Made by a program: the position numbers and the translations under genes
Assembly: GCA_964016885.1 (NCBI GenBank)
Contig: OZ024741.1
Span: forward strand, 407,526,001-407,590,000
DNA from: Eledone cirrhosa
Lineage: Eukaryota
DNA: 64,000 bases
Reading direction: 5' to 3'
Shown: piece by piece, positions 28,006-42,700 of the stretch
How the letters are laid out: each line of letters opens with the position of its first letter
Numbering within the stretch: the first letter of the stretch is position 1
Notes under the pieces: model-generated
The model's database searches: none
Seen by the model: only the letters and a program-made list of their open reading frames with translations
Told to the model about the DNA's origin: nothing

Positions 28006-28369
28006 TGTGAGCATGCATCTGAAGTTGCCAAACCTGAACGAGGCAATCAATTTCTAGTGAACAGGTATTTCAATTAGTTGAAATAATTCAATACAATTGA
28101 GACAGTAGAATTCCATTAGAGATTTAAAGATGTAGAGCCAATGTCGTTAGATATATCTGGACGAATTGATCTGTACCACGTGAAAAGAAAACGAAATTAT
28201 ACGAACAATGGCGCAGACATTGTTGTCAGGTTAAAAAAATAAGTTCTCGTCGTAGAGACTTGTTTTCTAGTTCAGTCACATTGCCTGGTATCTTGATCAA
28301 GTCTCTTCTACTATCGCCTTATCCACTTGACTTGACCAATACCCAGTTTCTATTCCATATTTGTTAACA

Positions 28370-28590
28370 AAAAATACCTGCGTGTCACGTGGAGGATTGA
28401 AGAGTCACGTGAATATTTACAATAAAAAGTGTAAAAATAGAGCCAATGTTGAAATGAGGCAATATATGTTGTCAGCTCTTCAAATGCCTTTTAGGATTCA
28501 AAGGTCATTTAAAGATCGGAGGCTAGAAGAGAGCAATTTTACGTACAAGAGGACAAGAAAAGGACACATTTTGCAAAGAAAAGACTTATA
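28370..28590 (+). mobile_element. Degenerate RTE 3' end (zinc-finger region)
   Basis: TCVSRGGLKSHV and a second decayed finger resemble 23510-23670. Confidence 0.45.
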
Positions 28591-28605
28591 ATATCTCTTA
28601 AGGAC

Positions 28606-28865
28606 TTACCGTGATATCAATGTGTAATATAGTTATGAAGTATATCTTTAAAAGATACCCCGTGATATCCAATGTATAGCATAGTTATGAAGTATAATAT
28701 CTTTAAAAGACATACCGTGATATCCAATGTATAACATAGTTATGAAGTATATCTCTAAAAGACATACCGTGATATCCAATGTATGACATAGTTATGAAAT
28801 ATATCTGTAAAAGACATACCGTGGTATCCAATGTATGACATAGTTATGAAGTATATCTCTAAAAG
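28606..28865. repeat. ~52-bp tandem repeat, 5 copies
   Basis: Unit taccgtgatatccaatgtatgacatagttatgaagtatatctctaaaagaca. Confidence 0.85.
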
Positions 28866-29588
28866 GCAATTTATGTTGTGTGAAAATTGTTTTTCTTTTT
28901 TTAGTGTTGATTCATGCAAACTAGCCACGAGTAGGATATAAAAGAGTTTCCTTTCAAGTAATGTTAAATATCTATCTTGGTTCAGCCGGCTGAGAATTCT
29001 GGTTTACAATGACTTTTACATAAACTACATTGACGAAATAAACTATTTTAACTCTCCATAGCTATATTGCATTCCGTGGGAATCCACAGACTGGACAGGC
29101 AGGAATGTTGGCGGCGAATTGTCAAAGTCGTTAGAATGCTTTGTTGTATTTGTTTTGGCTCCCGAAAGGTCGAATCCCGCTGGGGTAGTCTTTGTCATTC
29201 ATCCATTCAAGATCTATATAAAGTACCAGTCAAATACTGGTCTTGATTCTTCCACTGCGTTTATTTTTTAACTTTCATTCTCTCACTTTCTATCCTTCTC
29301 TGGAAGAAATCTGTTGTATTCAGACCTGGTTAGGATATGGGCGTCACCAGGTTTACAAATATGGTACCCCTACGTACTCTATCAGGTGTTACGGGACCAT
29401 ACAGACGTATACAGCCGGGAATGTACAGCAATACAGAGCCTTAGTCTTCGTGTAAATATATGTTTAGTCTTGCTGTGAAGATATGTTGTAAACAAATCAA
29501 AAAATCTTCATTAGTTACGGATGAAGGATCGAACGACTGGCTGATCGATAATTAACCGCGTTCCTTTTGTGATGGAGATTTGATGGGT

Positions 29589-29660
29589 GACGTATTGGTG
29601 TAAGGGTTAACACAGGGGTGATGATAGCCAAAGATGTGGGTTCGTGTCCCATCTACGTCA
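29589..29660 (+). pseudogene. tRNA-like cloverleaf (SINE head or pseudo-tRNA)
   Basis: 72 nt. Acceptor gacgta/tacgtc, D arm gtgt/acac, T arm gtggg/cccat, imperfect anticodon arm. Confidence 0.5.
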
Positions 29661-29802
29661 ACGCTCATCCTCTTTCCGATCTGCAACTATTAGGCTAATC
29701 TACTGAGTCAGACGGCGAAAGCTCTATTTCACTATCTACTTTTCAAATTCTCCGCTGTCATTAAACAAAGCTAAACTTTGTATCTTAAATATATACGTAC
29801 GT

Positions 29803-29902
<100 letters not shown>

Positions 29903-29951
29903 GCACACACACACACACACACACACACGCGCACACGCACACGCACGCACG

Positions 29952-30031
<80 letters not shown>

Positions 30032-30032
30032 T

Positions 30033-30258
30033 ATTTAAAAGTTAAACAAGATTTAATGAATACATCAAAGAATGAGTTTTACAATAGATTGGAAGCACTC
30101 AACTGTAAAAAGGCTTTCCAGAGTTATTAATATTAATTCATGCCATCATCTTATTTTATTTGATGAAGACGTACGGTTGAACTTAACTCAGAACCTCTGA
30201 AATATGTATAATAAAATATACTTGATCACAAGAATATCTATTTTGTTAATATTTTGAA

Positions 30259-30265
<7 letters not shown>
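30033..30265 (-). mobile_element. Truncated PLE, family I, with hammerhead at 30153-30217 (+) in the inverted arm
   Basis: Homolog of 58624-58938. attttat-tTGATGA...GAAA-tatgta-TA-ataaaat. Confidence 0.75.
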
Positions 30266-30319
<54 letters not shown>

Positions 30320-30449
30320 ATATATCCCTTCCATATACTGTACCGATTGTGTTGTTATTTCTATTTACGTTTTGACATACATATGTGTACTGTTATATTG
30401 TTATATATAACAATACACACAAGTGTGTATTGTTCTTTATACATCCTCA

Positions 30450-30514
<65 letters not shown>

Positions 30515-30858
30515 TATGTATGTATACGTACATACATATATGTATACAGACGTACAGTAGTACGTATATATATAATACATACATGCACACATATATATAT
30601 GTACGTATGGTTTTACCGAACATTTATTATAATGTTCGGTCTGTAAACAAACAGCCCGAATTACGCCGTACAGTGTTCAGGCAACCATCGTCGCCTTTTT
30701 GTGCCACACTACACAGGAACGATGTACTAGTTTCAAGCGATGTACTAGTTTCAAAAAGGCGACGTCTGTATACATATATGTATGTACGTATACATACATA
30801 CTTGCATTTAAGTATCAGCCGTACTAAGAGTGAGAAATGAAATTTCGTTTCATTCTTT

Positions 30859-30896
<38 letters not shown>

Positions 30897-31249
30897 CACA
30901 CACATACCCTAAAGCCCCATTCCCATAATAGAATTTCTCCTAAACGCCTGCTGCTTTTCCACAGAACTTACCTCTAGCTTACAATTCCTCATCCCCTTTT
31001 GAACTCTTGACCAGTCAATTTACACAATCAGATATAGACATATTTACAGGATGTTTCCAAAAAACAACTTTGTTCTGTGAAGAAACATTGCTGCTATCTT
31101 CCCTACCACTTCCATATTAACAAGAACTCATTCTCAAGCCAAAATTTGAGCAAGAAAGATGGAAGAAAACTTACCCCAACATTTCATTTTAATTTAAATC
31201 CTTAGTTTTTAATTCCTAGTAATTCCTTTTAACTTTTATTTCAATACTC

Positions 31250-31297
31250 AACATTTGATAAGATGAATTTTAATAATACATCGAAACTGGTAATATT
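31250..31297 (+). ncRNA. Hammerhead-like motif with U3-A8 core
   Basis: aacat-TTGATAA-gatg...catc-GAAA-ctgg-TA-atatt. Confidence 0.55.
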
Positions 31298-31491
31298 TTA
31301 TATACTTTATATACTTTATATACTTTATATACTTTATATACTTTATATACATTATAAAACTTTTTTTAAAAAAGAATTGTCTCTCTCATTTTTTCAATAA
31401 TGCTATCTTTTCAATAATGTCACTTTGACGAATCAAAAAAGAAAAACAGACGCTTGAATATATTTTCCGTGCTATTTCTAACTTCACCTTG

Positions 31492-32585
<1,094 letters not shown>

Positions 32586-32741
32586 AGAAAAACCACAGAC
32601 CCTCCATCTCAACTCTACTTTTGAAAAGCAGAAGAACTGCAAAACCGGTAAAGGAACCAAATAAAAATATATATTATTTTTTAAATAAGACTCCAGTTGC
32701 ATTTTCGATTTCTTCTTTTTTTCTTTATATATATATATATA

Positions 32742-32930
32742 TAATATAAGATCAAAAGATGTTTAAAAGAGTTCCATGTATTTTATTATGCGCATTTCAA
32801 AAATAAATATCATCATGTTCAAAAACAAATATCATCATGTTCAAAAACAAATATCATCATCAGATAAAATAGGGAGACATGATATGAAGCTTAAAAAACA
32901 CTTGCGAGCAGTGAAGTGTTAAATCAACAT
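32742..32930 (-). mobile_element. PLE family D, second copy
   Basis: Matches 4062-4225 and carries a 22-bp triplication inside the hammerhead. Confidence 0.75.
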
Positions 32931-33281
32931 ATGAAAAATAAAATAAGATGGATATATGAGATTGGGAAAAAAAAGAAGGAAGGGGGAAGGAAAAGGTAAG
33001 GAAGAGGAAGAAAGAAAATAAAGGATGACGGGGGAGGAGTATAAGAAGGAAGGATGAGAGAGGATGAGAAATGAGTGAGAGAGAGAGAGAGATAGTCTTT
33101 AATACTGAGAAACACTGTCTCACAGAGAAATAAAAAAGAAGCCGTTGTAAGATAATACATAATTTAAAACAATTTTGAAATTAAAAGTTAATGAGGTTTA
33201 TGAATGGTGATGTTTATGATTAAAGAAAAGGGAATTAAGAATAGTATTTATTTAAGGTTTATATATATATATATATATATA

Positions 33282-33607
33282 CAAATAAAATACAGAGATA
33301 TTAACTCATATTGATACCCTGCAATTAACAAGCTCAAAGTATAAATACTGAGAATTATATAGTAATATATGTATAAATAAACACAGTAAATTTCGTGTCT
33401 AAATTTACGAGGGTAGAGAATGTCACAAATGTTTTAAATATGTAATCTTAAACATACAGTAGGATATAATTCTATACTGACCGTATCAAAAACATTTCAT
33501 CTCTCGGACAGATTAGAGATTTAATCTGTTTCGCCCTGAACATTTGTGACATTCTCTACCCTCGTAATTTTAGACACGAAATTTACTGTTTATTTATACA
33601 TATATTG
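33282..33607 (-). mobile_element. PLE-like inverted-repeat element, family K
   Basis: 33364-33433 is inverted at ~33539-33607, with an unpaired segment to the left ending in (TA)n. Confidence 0.55.
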
Positions 33608-33727
33608 TTTCTACTATTGGCACAAGGCCAGCAATTACCCAGTACATTACTGGTACTTTATTTTATCGACCCCGTAAGGATGAAAGGCAAAGTTAACCTC
33701 GGCCGGATTTGAACTCAGATCGTAAAG

Positions 33728-33733
<6 letters not shown>
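33606..33733 (-). mobile_element. SINE family S (truncated)
   Basis: Same sequence as 26949-27075. Confidence 0.85.
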
Positions 33734-33794
<61 letters not shown>

Positions 33795-33798
<4 letters not shown>

Positions 33799-34145
33799 GT
33801 TGTTATTTCACTGAGGAACTGGAATCATATGATTCCAGTTCCTCAGTGAAATAACAACCCAACCAGGAACTGGGCATATCAGAGTATTGACAAAGTTAAA
33901 CACTTCAACAACATGTGTACTCGTCTCTACCACACTAATTCGGACTGCCTGAAGAGGTCACAGCCAAAGATGGCTGTCACCGAAACATATATAGCAGTAA
34001 TAAACGAAGCCAGATTTTAAACATTTGACTTATTTATTTTATTTTATTTTACATTACTCCGGAGTAACCAAACCAACCTGCGCACTTCGTCGAGTGCTCC
34101 AATCTGCATACTGAGGTGTTGGTATACAACCAACATATACTCAAA

Positions 34146-34150
<5 letters not shown>
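33795..34150 (+). mobile_element. Truncated PLE with 5' foldback palindrome
   Basis: Perfect 68-bp palindrome at 33795-33862, hammerhead at 33944-33998, GAGTGCTC at 34092 and (TA)n flanks. Confidence 0.75.
33944..33998 (+). ncRNA. Type I hammerhead ribozyme
   Basis: actgc-CTGAAGA-ggtcacagcca/tggctgtcacc-GAAA-catata-TA-gcagt. Confidence 0.8.
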
Positions 34151-34208
<58 letters not shown>

Positions 34209-34699
34209 GTCATGTCCGAACAATGAATGTTGATTTTCTATTTATTACAATTCAAATTTGAAATGTAGATACATCAAAGAAAGCTACACGAAATTACACT
34301 AAAACCTTCTTCACCTTTTAATAGCAAACAATATTATAGAAACGTATCTCTTGTTATTTTCTGACTTATTTTAGCAGATTAATAACCCGAAAGCTGCAAT
34401 TATTCATTTCGAAACAATTTAGTTGAGCCCCCACCCACCCCCGATTCCATCATCTATTTCACGCCAAATATTGATTCGTTTCAGACAGAAAGCAGATAAT
34501 TAACAGTTTAATTATTTATCAGTCGAAAATGTCCGCCTTTTAAAACAATCAATACCACCTAAAATAAAACATAACTAAACGTACATTGTAAATAGATCTA
34601 AAATGACCGATTAGTTTTCACTTTTCTGGGAAGGTCGAACAGGAGTTGTTAACGTGCTCCACGCCAAGGAATGAAATATATGTACTAGAGTCGTCCTCG

Positions 34700-34960
34700 C
34701 TGGTGATTAGCCACAGTTCAGCCGTTATTAATTAAACACATGCTGAGGGGTATTACAGTCGTTCCAGGTTTTTCAAGTCAGGGTTTAGAATATCTCAGGA
34801 AAGAATCGCTGGATAGATTTACGGACGAAACCAACAGGTAGGAGACCCATAGGTAGATCCCGAACAAGATGGTTGGATAACATCAAAGAGATTAGCTGGT
34901 CTCGCTTGGAGATCCAGCCGGATCAGTTGAAAACAGTTGTTTCTCACAAGAAGAAGAAGA
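34700..34960 (+). mobile_element. RTE LINE 3' remnant
   Basis: Translates KPTGRRPIGRSRTRWLDNIKEISWSRL. Confidence 0.65.
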
Positions 34961-35108
34961 CCTTTTGTAGAAGACTACATTCCCTAATGCATCATTTTAT
35001 CTTTTAACATGAGTGATGGGGATTTAGCTGGTATTTCTAGTAGACATCACAAATCCATACATAATATCATATTTACTTGTTGTATCAATAAATATGAATA
35101 AATAAATA

Positions 35109-35655
<547 letters not shown>

Positions 35656-35719
35656 TACATACACATATACATATATATATATATATATATGAATATATAC
35701 ATATATGTGTGTGTGTGTG

Positions 35720-35845
35720 TAAAAGGTAAACAGAAATAACAACAAAATTGGTACAGTATATAGAAGGAATATATTAGGTTAACGCTTGATATAGCAGGAA
35801 GAGGGTCCTATTGTTTCGGACACTAGCCCTTCGTCATCAGAAGAA
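35720..35845 (-). mobile_element. PLE-like end with degenerate hammerhead
   Basis: The minus strand reads TGACGA-agggc-tagt-gtcc-GAAAC. The distal part is homologous to 30316-30375. Confidence 0.5.
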
Positions 35846-36774
35846 AAAAAATATATAGGTGGTATCATGTATAAAAACTCATAGTTTATATGAGTTCATT
35901 ACCTTTTCTTAATTTTCCTAATGTTCAGCAAATAACACTCAAATATCTTCCTGGCTAGGGAACTTATCTATTCAAGGTAGCTCTCTCATCATATTTAATA
36001 ACTGACAACTTAATAAGAGAATTTACGGTGTTAAACTCACTTCTATATCCAAACATAGAAAAACATATTTATTGCAACTAGCATTTGGTTGGTCCCATAA
36101 CTCCTGAGGGAGTCGTTGGGGCGCTGTATTGACATACGGCGTTTCTTGGACATTTCTAAACCCGGCAAAGTCAATCCATCTCCAGTACTACAGATTTCCA
36201 GAAAATGATGGAGAGAGTAAGAGGGTAGAAGTGAGAAAGAAATAGAGAGGAAGAATCAACCCCTGTACTAGACTGGTACTTTTTTTATCAACTCCGAAAG
36301 GATGAAAGGCAAAGTTGACTTCGGTGGGATTGAACTCAGGGAACAGAGAGTCGGAACAAATACCACAAAGTATTCTATCTAATGATCCGACAACTCTGCA
36401 GAGTTTGCCACAGCCCTTCAAAATGGCGAATACGTCTTATTTCTCATTCATTGACAATAAACTGACAATTCTATGGTCCGTTAATCTTCAGTTGTTTTGT
36501 TTAACAAAAACAATCACGTGATAACGAGGAACCCTCTTCCCAGTCACTCTACCTACTAGACATAGAAGGTAAATCTCCCTCAAATCATAACCTACCGTCT
36601 TAAAAGTAGGAACATATTTTGTAATGTAATCCGAAGTAAATTAAGCCTGAGAAAATGATGGGATGGTCACCACTGAAATAGCTTTGATAATAGTTTTGGT
36701 TGATTAGGACTGAGGTGGGGCTAACCAACCAGAGCTACAGAAACAACTAAGCCATGCACACTTTGCCAACATAA

Positions 36775-36965
36775 TTGTTTCTACTTTTGGCACAAGGCCA
36801 GCAATTATCCCAATGTATTACTGGTACTTTATTTTATCGACCCCGTATGGATGAAAAACAAAGTTAACCTCGGCGAGATTTGAACTCAGACCATAAAGGG
36901 CCGTAACTCTATGCTGCAAAGCATGGCGTCCGACCCTCTACCGATACTGCCAATCCACCTCCCTG
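36775..36965 (-). mobile_element. SINE family S
   Basis: Near full-length match to 19786-19976. Confidence 0.85.
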
Positions 36966-37077
36966 TATAATACGTCTAGAGATATATCAAGTAGATGGAC
37001 TACCATATTTGTTCCTTAACGCAAGTTTTAATGGAGTTGTTCTTTTATGAAAATTAACCTTACTTTGTTATAAATAG

Positions 37078-37262
37078 ACGGCGAAATGGTAGCACGGTTA
37101 GAACATCAGATAGAGTGATTTTGCGGTATTTGTTTTGGCTTTCTGGTTCCTGAGTTCAAATCCCGCTGAGGTCAACTTTTCCATTTCATTCTTACGTGGT
37201 CGATAAAATAAAGTACCAGTAATAAACTGAGTATTTGCTGGCCTTGTGCCAAAAGTAGAATT
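37078..37262 (+). mobile_element. SINE family S (diverged)
   Basis: ctgagttcaaatcccgctgaggtcaac...gtcgataaaataaagtaccag. Confidence 0.8.
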
Positions 37263-38464
37263 AATTATTAATATAATTTTCAGTATTTAAAAATATTTAT
37301 AGCTTTTTCGAAAATAATGTTTGAGTGATAATTTAAATAAATTCATACTCCAAAAAATATCTAAACGTCTTCGAAAATAATGTTGGAGTACGTGTTGTAT
37401 AGAGGATGTTTATGGAAAAGATTCGACTGCTTTCCGCTGTTTTTCTTTAAGGTTCTGACCGCCGTCACATATCCTTTAGTCTCAGCAAAAACCAGGGGAA
37501 GCAACCGAGAACATGGTTTCTCAATTGTTAGTGTTAGAGCACCTATACTATTTTTTATTTTTATTTTTTAATACTCTATATACTACTAAACTCTGTGGGT
37601 GTGTGTTTGTCTGTAATTTAATACAGCCAAAACGGCGCATAATGGGAAAATACTTTGAAAGAAAGTTTCCCCTGACATAGGAATACAAATGGAATAAAAG
37701 TAGTTTTGCTTAAATCGGGGCATGGGGTCCCGAGATACGGGGTTTTTGCGGGTACCTTCATAAATAGAAAGAGAGAAAGATAGAGAGAAAGAGATGGTGG
37801 TTGTACGAGAGTAGATTGAAAGAGAGACATAGAGAGAGAGGGGGAGGAGACAGAAAAGGAAAATGGAAGAGAGAGAGAGAGCTAGTGGTGTTGTTGAAGG
37901 AAATTATACACAACGCACACATATATGTGTATATGTAGACACACAAATAATAGAGTTGTTAGATAATGTATGCTTGAAAACAGATTTCCTATTCGAGACG
38001 TAGGGGCGGGTATGTGATATATCTTGGAAACCAATATGAAGAAATCGATCCTGCTATAGATCTGAGCGCCCATTTCTTCCTTAGAGAGAGAGAGACAGAG
38101 AGAAAGTGAGAGAGGGATGAAAGAGAGAGAGTGAGTATATGTGTGTGGGGGTATGTTGGGAGGGGAGAGATAAAGATGAACCGACTCAAGTATAAGATTG
38201 TTACTGCATTTATCAACACACAAGGCATGAAAGGTAAAGTAAAGCTGAACGGGATTTGAACTGAGAACACACATGACTGAAGGAACACGGCAAATCGTTA
38301 AACATAAATAGTTGTTTGTTTGGCTGGGTTTTTTAATTAAATATAACAGAAAAAATATATAACATTTATCGTTGACTTATCAAGTGCGTGAGTACGTTGG
38401 TGTTCTCTCACTGCCCCCTCCGTCTCTCTCGCTCTCCCCATCTCTCTCTCTATTATAAGCAAAC

Positions 38465-38845
38465 AAGAGCCCACATGCTGGCCGCCCCGTGGCCCCACTG
38501 GACATGATAGAGAAGGGTTTTCCTCGATGGATGGTGAGGGAGACGCGATGTAAAAGCCGTTCCAGCTCACGAGGCAAACACCCGCGTGTAGCCAACACCA
38601 TGTCGATGGTGGTGAATAGGGAGGTGGTCCTAGGGACAAGGTCACCAGAAGCCGATGGTGGTGAGCAGGGAGGTACTCCTAGGGCCAAGGTCACCAGAAG
38701 TCTTCACTGCTACGGGATCGACCGCAAACCTGTCGGAGAGTGACCGATATTTAGAAAGTTTAGCCTCTTCGGCCCGAAGTGCAACGTAGTCTGGATTAGT
38801 CGCAGACTGCACCAGGTTGCCGTTGGAGAAATTGGCGCTGCAAAG
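38465..38845 (-). mobile_element. CRE-like non-LTR retrotransposon endonuclease fragment
   Basis: AEEAKLSKY...PVAVKTSG.LGP...RELERLLHRVSLTIHRG, an RLE C-terminus. Confidence 0.7.
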
Positions 38846-38884
38846 CATTCTATCGGATGTCTATAAATGATTTTAGTGAAAACA

Positions 38885-39165
38885 TACGAGGCCAAACTCT
38901 CCAAGTACCGGCCGCTTTCTGTCAAGTTCGCGGTCGTGCCCTTGGCAGTGGAGACTTCTGGTGTCCTTGGCCCTAGGGCTACCTCCCTATTCACCACCAT
39001 AGGCACTGAGCTAGTCAGCCGCAGATGTGAGCCTCGCGAGTTGGAATGGCTCTTCCAGCGAATCTCCCTTACCATCCTCCGGGTAAACGACTTCTCCATC
39101 CAGTCCGCCGGGGCTGTGGGGAGGCCAGCACGTGGGACCCCATTTGCTCACCATACGGATTAATA
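38885..39165 (+). mobile_element. CRE-like non-LTR retrotransposon endonuclease fragment
   Basis: EAKLSKY...VPLAVETSGVLGP...RELEWLFQRISLTILRVN. Confidence 0.75.
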
Positions 39166-39739
39166 GGCAAAGTTCATATTATTATAAAGCGAATCGTTAT
39201 AAATAAAGACTTCAAAACCAAAAATAAATAAGAAAAGAAGGAATTGTATAGTTTATGACGTCATTCTCTTATTACGTAATGCTTCGCTAATTCTAAATAT
39301 CCATGTAAAACTTCTTCACATTTCTTCATTCCTTGAAATATGTTACTTAAACAGAAAACTATTTTGATGCAGAGAAGGATTAACAGGATTGCAAATGAAA
39401 GTATTTTTTAAATGTTATAATCTGTTAACAAATATTTGCCCAGTGTATATTTATCTTGTTTATAGTAAACAACACTTCTAACACATATACTCCTTTTAAA
39501 AGACATTTCACTAATCTTACGTTAATTCTTGTAGGTTTTCTGATGCCTTTCATGTGTTAATCCAGTGATAACAAAACAAACTTACCGCTTTCTTGGATGA
39601 AGACTTAACTAATTCTCTCTTGAAGAATATGCAAGTTATTTCAAAATATTGTTAACATTGTTAAGGCAAAAATTGTTTGATGAAAGAAATTATTTGTCTA
39701 ATTATTCTGTTTTTTCCAGCTCATGTTTTAAACATTTGT

Positions 39740-42700
39740 GTTGATGTTGTTGCTTTTGTTGTTGATGGTGGTGATGGTAGTGTGTTGTGGTGGTGGTAGT
39801 GTTGATGTTGGTGGTGGTGGTAGTGTGTTGTGGTGGTGGTAGTGTTGATGTTGGTGGTGGTGGTGGTGGTAGTGTGTTGTGGTGGTGGTAGTGTTGATGT
39901 TGGTGGTGGTGGTGGTGGTGGTGGTAGTGTGTTGTGGTGGTGGTAGTGTTGATGTTGGTGGTGGTGGTAGTGTGTTGTGGTGGTGGTAGTGTTGATGTTG
40001 GTGGTGGTGGTGGTGGTGGTGGTAGTGTGTTGTGGTGGTGGTAGTGTTGATGTTGGTGGTGGTGGTGGTGGTGGTAGTGTGTTGTGGTGGTAGTTGATGT
40101 TGGTGGTGGTGGTGTTGCTTTTGTTGTTGTTGGTGGTGATGGTAGTGTGTTGTGGTGGTGGTAGTGTTGATGTTGGTGGTGGTGGTGGTGGTGGTAGTGT
40201 GTTGCGGTGGTGGTAGTGTTGATGTTGGTGGTGGTGGTGGTGGTGGTGCTTTTGTTGTTGTTGGTGGTGATGGTAGTGTGTTGTGGTGGTGGTAGTGTTG
40301 ATGTTGGTGGTGGTGGTGGTGGTGGTGGTAGTGTGTTGTGGTGGTGGTAGTGTTGATGCTGGTGGTGGTGGTGGTGGTGGTAGTGTGTTGTGGTGGTGGT
40401 AGTGTTGATGTTGGTGGTGGTGGTGCTGCTTTTGTTGTTGATGGTAGTGGTAGTGTGTTGTTGGTGGTGGTAGTGTTGATGTTGGTGGTGGTGGTGGTGC
40501 TGCTTTTGTTGTTGATGGTAGTGGTAGTGTGTTGTTGGTGGTGGTAGTGTTGATGTTGGTGGTGGTGGTGGTGTTGCTTTTGTTGTTGATGGTAGTGGTA
40601 GTGTGTTGTTGTTGGTGGTAGTGTTGATGTTGGTAGTGTTGATGTTGGTGGTGGTGGTGGTGTTGCTTTTGTTGTTGTTGGTGGTGGTAGTGTGTTGTTG
40701 GTGATGGTAGTGTTGATGTTGGTGATGGTGGTGGTGGTGGTAATGCTTTTGTTGTTGATGGTAGTGGTAGTGTGTTGTTGGTAGTGTGTTGTTGGTGATG
40801 GTAGTGTTGATGTTGGTGGTGGTGGTGGTGGTGGTGCTTTTGTTGTTGTTGGTGGTGGTAGTGTGTTGTGGTGGTGGTGCTTTTGTTGTTGTTGGTTGTG
40901 GTAGTGTGTTGTGGTTGTGGTAGTGTTGATGTTGGTGGTGGTGGTAGTGTGTTGTGGTGGTGGTAGTGTTGATGTTGGTGGTGGTGGTGGTGGTGGCGGT
41001 AGTGTGTTGTGGTGGTGGTAGTGTTGATGTTGGTGGTGGTGGTGGTGGTGGTAGTGTGTTGTGGTGGTGGTAGTGTTGATGTTGGTGGTGGTGGTAGTGT
41101 GTTGTGGTGGTGGTAGTGTTGATGTTGGTGGTGGTGGTGGTGGTGGTGGTGGTAGTGTGTTGTGTTGGTGGTAGTGTTGATGTTGGTGGTGGTGGTAGCG
41201 TGTTGTGGTGGTGGTAGTGTTGATGTTGGTGGTGGTGGTGGTGGTGGTGGTGGTGGTGGTAGTGTGTTGTGGTGGTGGTAGTGTTGATGTTGGTGGTGGT
41301 GGTAGTGTGTTGTGGTGGTGGTAGTGTTGATGTTGGTGGTGGTGGTGGTGGTAGTGTGTTGTGGTGGTAGTTGATGTTGGTGGTGGTGGTGTTGCTTTTG
41401 TTGTTGTTGGTGGTGATGGTAGTGTGTTGTGGTGGTGGTAGTGTTGATGTTGGTGGTGGTGGTGGTGGTGGTAGTGTGTTGCGGTGGTGGTAGTGTTGAT
41501 GTTGGTGGTGGTGGTGGTGGTGGTGCTTTTGTTGTTGTTGGTGGTGATGGTAGTGTGTTGTGGTGGTGGTAGTGTTGATGTTGGTGGTGGTGGTAGTGTG
41601 TTGTGGTGGTGGTAGTGTTGATGTTGGTGGTGGTGGTGGTGGTGGTAGTGTGTTGTGGTGGTGGTAGTGTTGATGCTGGTGGTGGTGGTGGTGGTGGTAG
41701 TGTGTTGTGGTGGTGGTAGTGTTGATGTTGGTGGTGGTGGTGCTGCTTTTGTTGTTGATGGTAGTGGTAGTGTGTTGTTGGTGGTGGTAGTGTTGATGTT
41801 GGTGGTGGTGGTGGTGTTGCTTTTGTTGTTGATGGTAGTGGTAGTGTGTTGTTGTTGGTGGTAGTGTTGATGTTGGTAGTGTTGATGTTGGTGGTGGTGG
41901 TGGTGTTGCTTTTGTTGTTGTTGGTGGTGGTAGTGTGTTGTTGGTGATGGTAGTGTTGATGTTGGTGATGGTGGTGGTGGTGGTAATGCTTTTGTTGTTG
42001 ATGGTAGTGGTAGTGTGTTGTTGGTAGTGTGTTGTTGGTGATGGTAGTGTTGATGTTGGTGGTGGTGGTGGTGGTGGTGCTTTTGTTGTTGTTGGTGGTG
42101 GTAGTGTGTTGTGGTGGTGGTGCTTTTGTTGTTGTTGGTTGTGGTAGTGTGTTGTGGTTGTGGTAGTGTTGATGTTGGTGGTGGTGGTGTTGCTTTTGTT
42201 GTTTATGGTGGTGGTGGTAGTGTGTTGTGGTGGTGGTAGTGTTGATGTTGTTGGTGGTGGTGGTGGTGTTGCTTTTGTTATTTATGGAGGTGGTAGTGTT
42301 GATGTTGTTGTTGGTGGTGGTGGTGCTATTTTTGTTGATGGTGGTGGTAGTGTGTTGTGGTTGTGGTAGTGTTGATGTTGTTGTTGGTGGTGGGGTGCTT
42401 TTGTTGTTGATGGTGGTGGTGGTAGTGTGTTGTTGGTGGTGGTAGTGTTGATGTTGGTGGTGGTGGTGGTGGTCCTTTTGTTGTTGATGGTGGTGGTAGT
42501 GTGTTGTTGGTGGTGGTAGTGTTGATGTTGGTGGTGGTGATGCTTTTGTTGTTGATGGTAGTGGTAGTGTGTTGTTGGTGGTGGTAGTGTGTTGTGGTTG
42601 TGGTAGTGTTGATGTTGTTGTTGGTGGTGGGGTGCTTTTGTTGTTGATGGTGGTGGTAGTGTGTTGTTGGTGGTGGTAGTGTTGATGTTGGTGGTGGTGG

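Noticed and set aside
37574-38340. Possible non-autonomous Helitron (TC start, tctatatactactaaa)
   Set aside because: No clear hairpin plus CTAG 3' end located.
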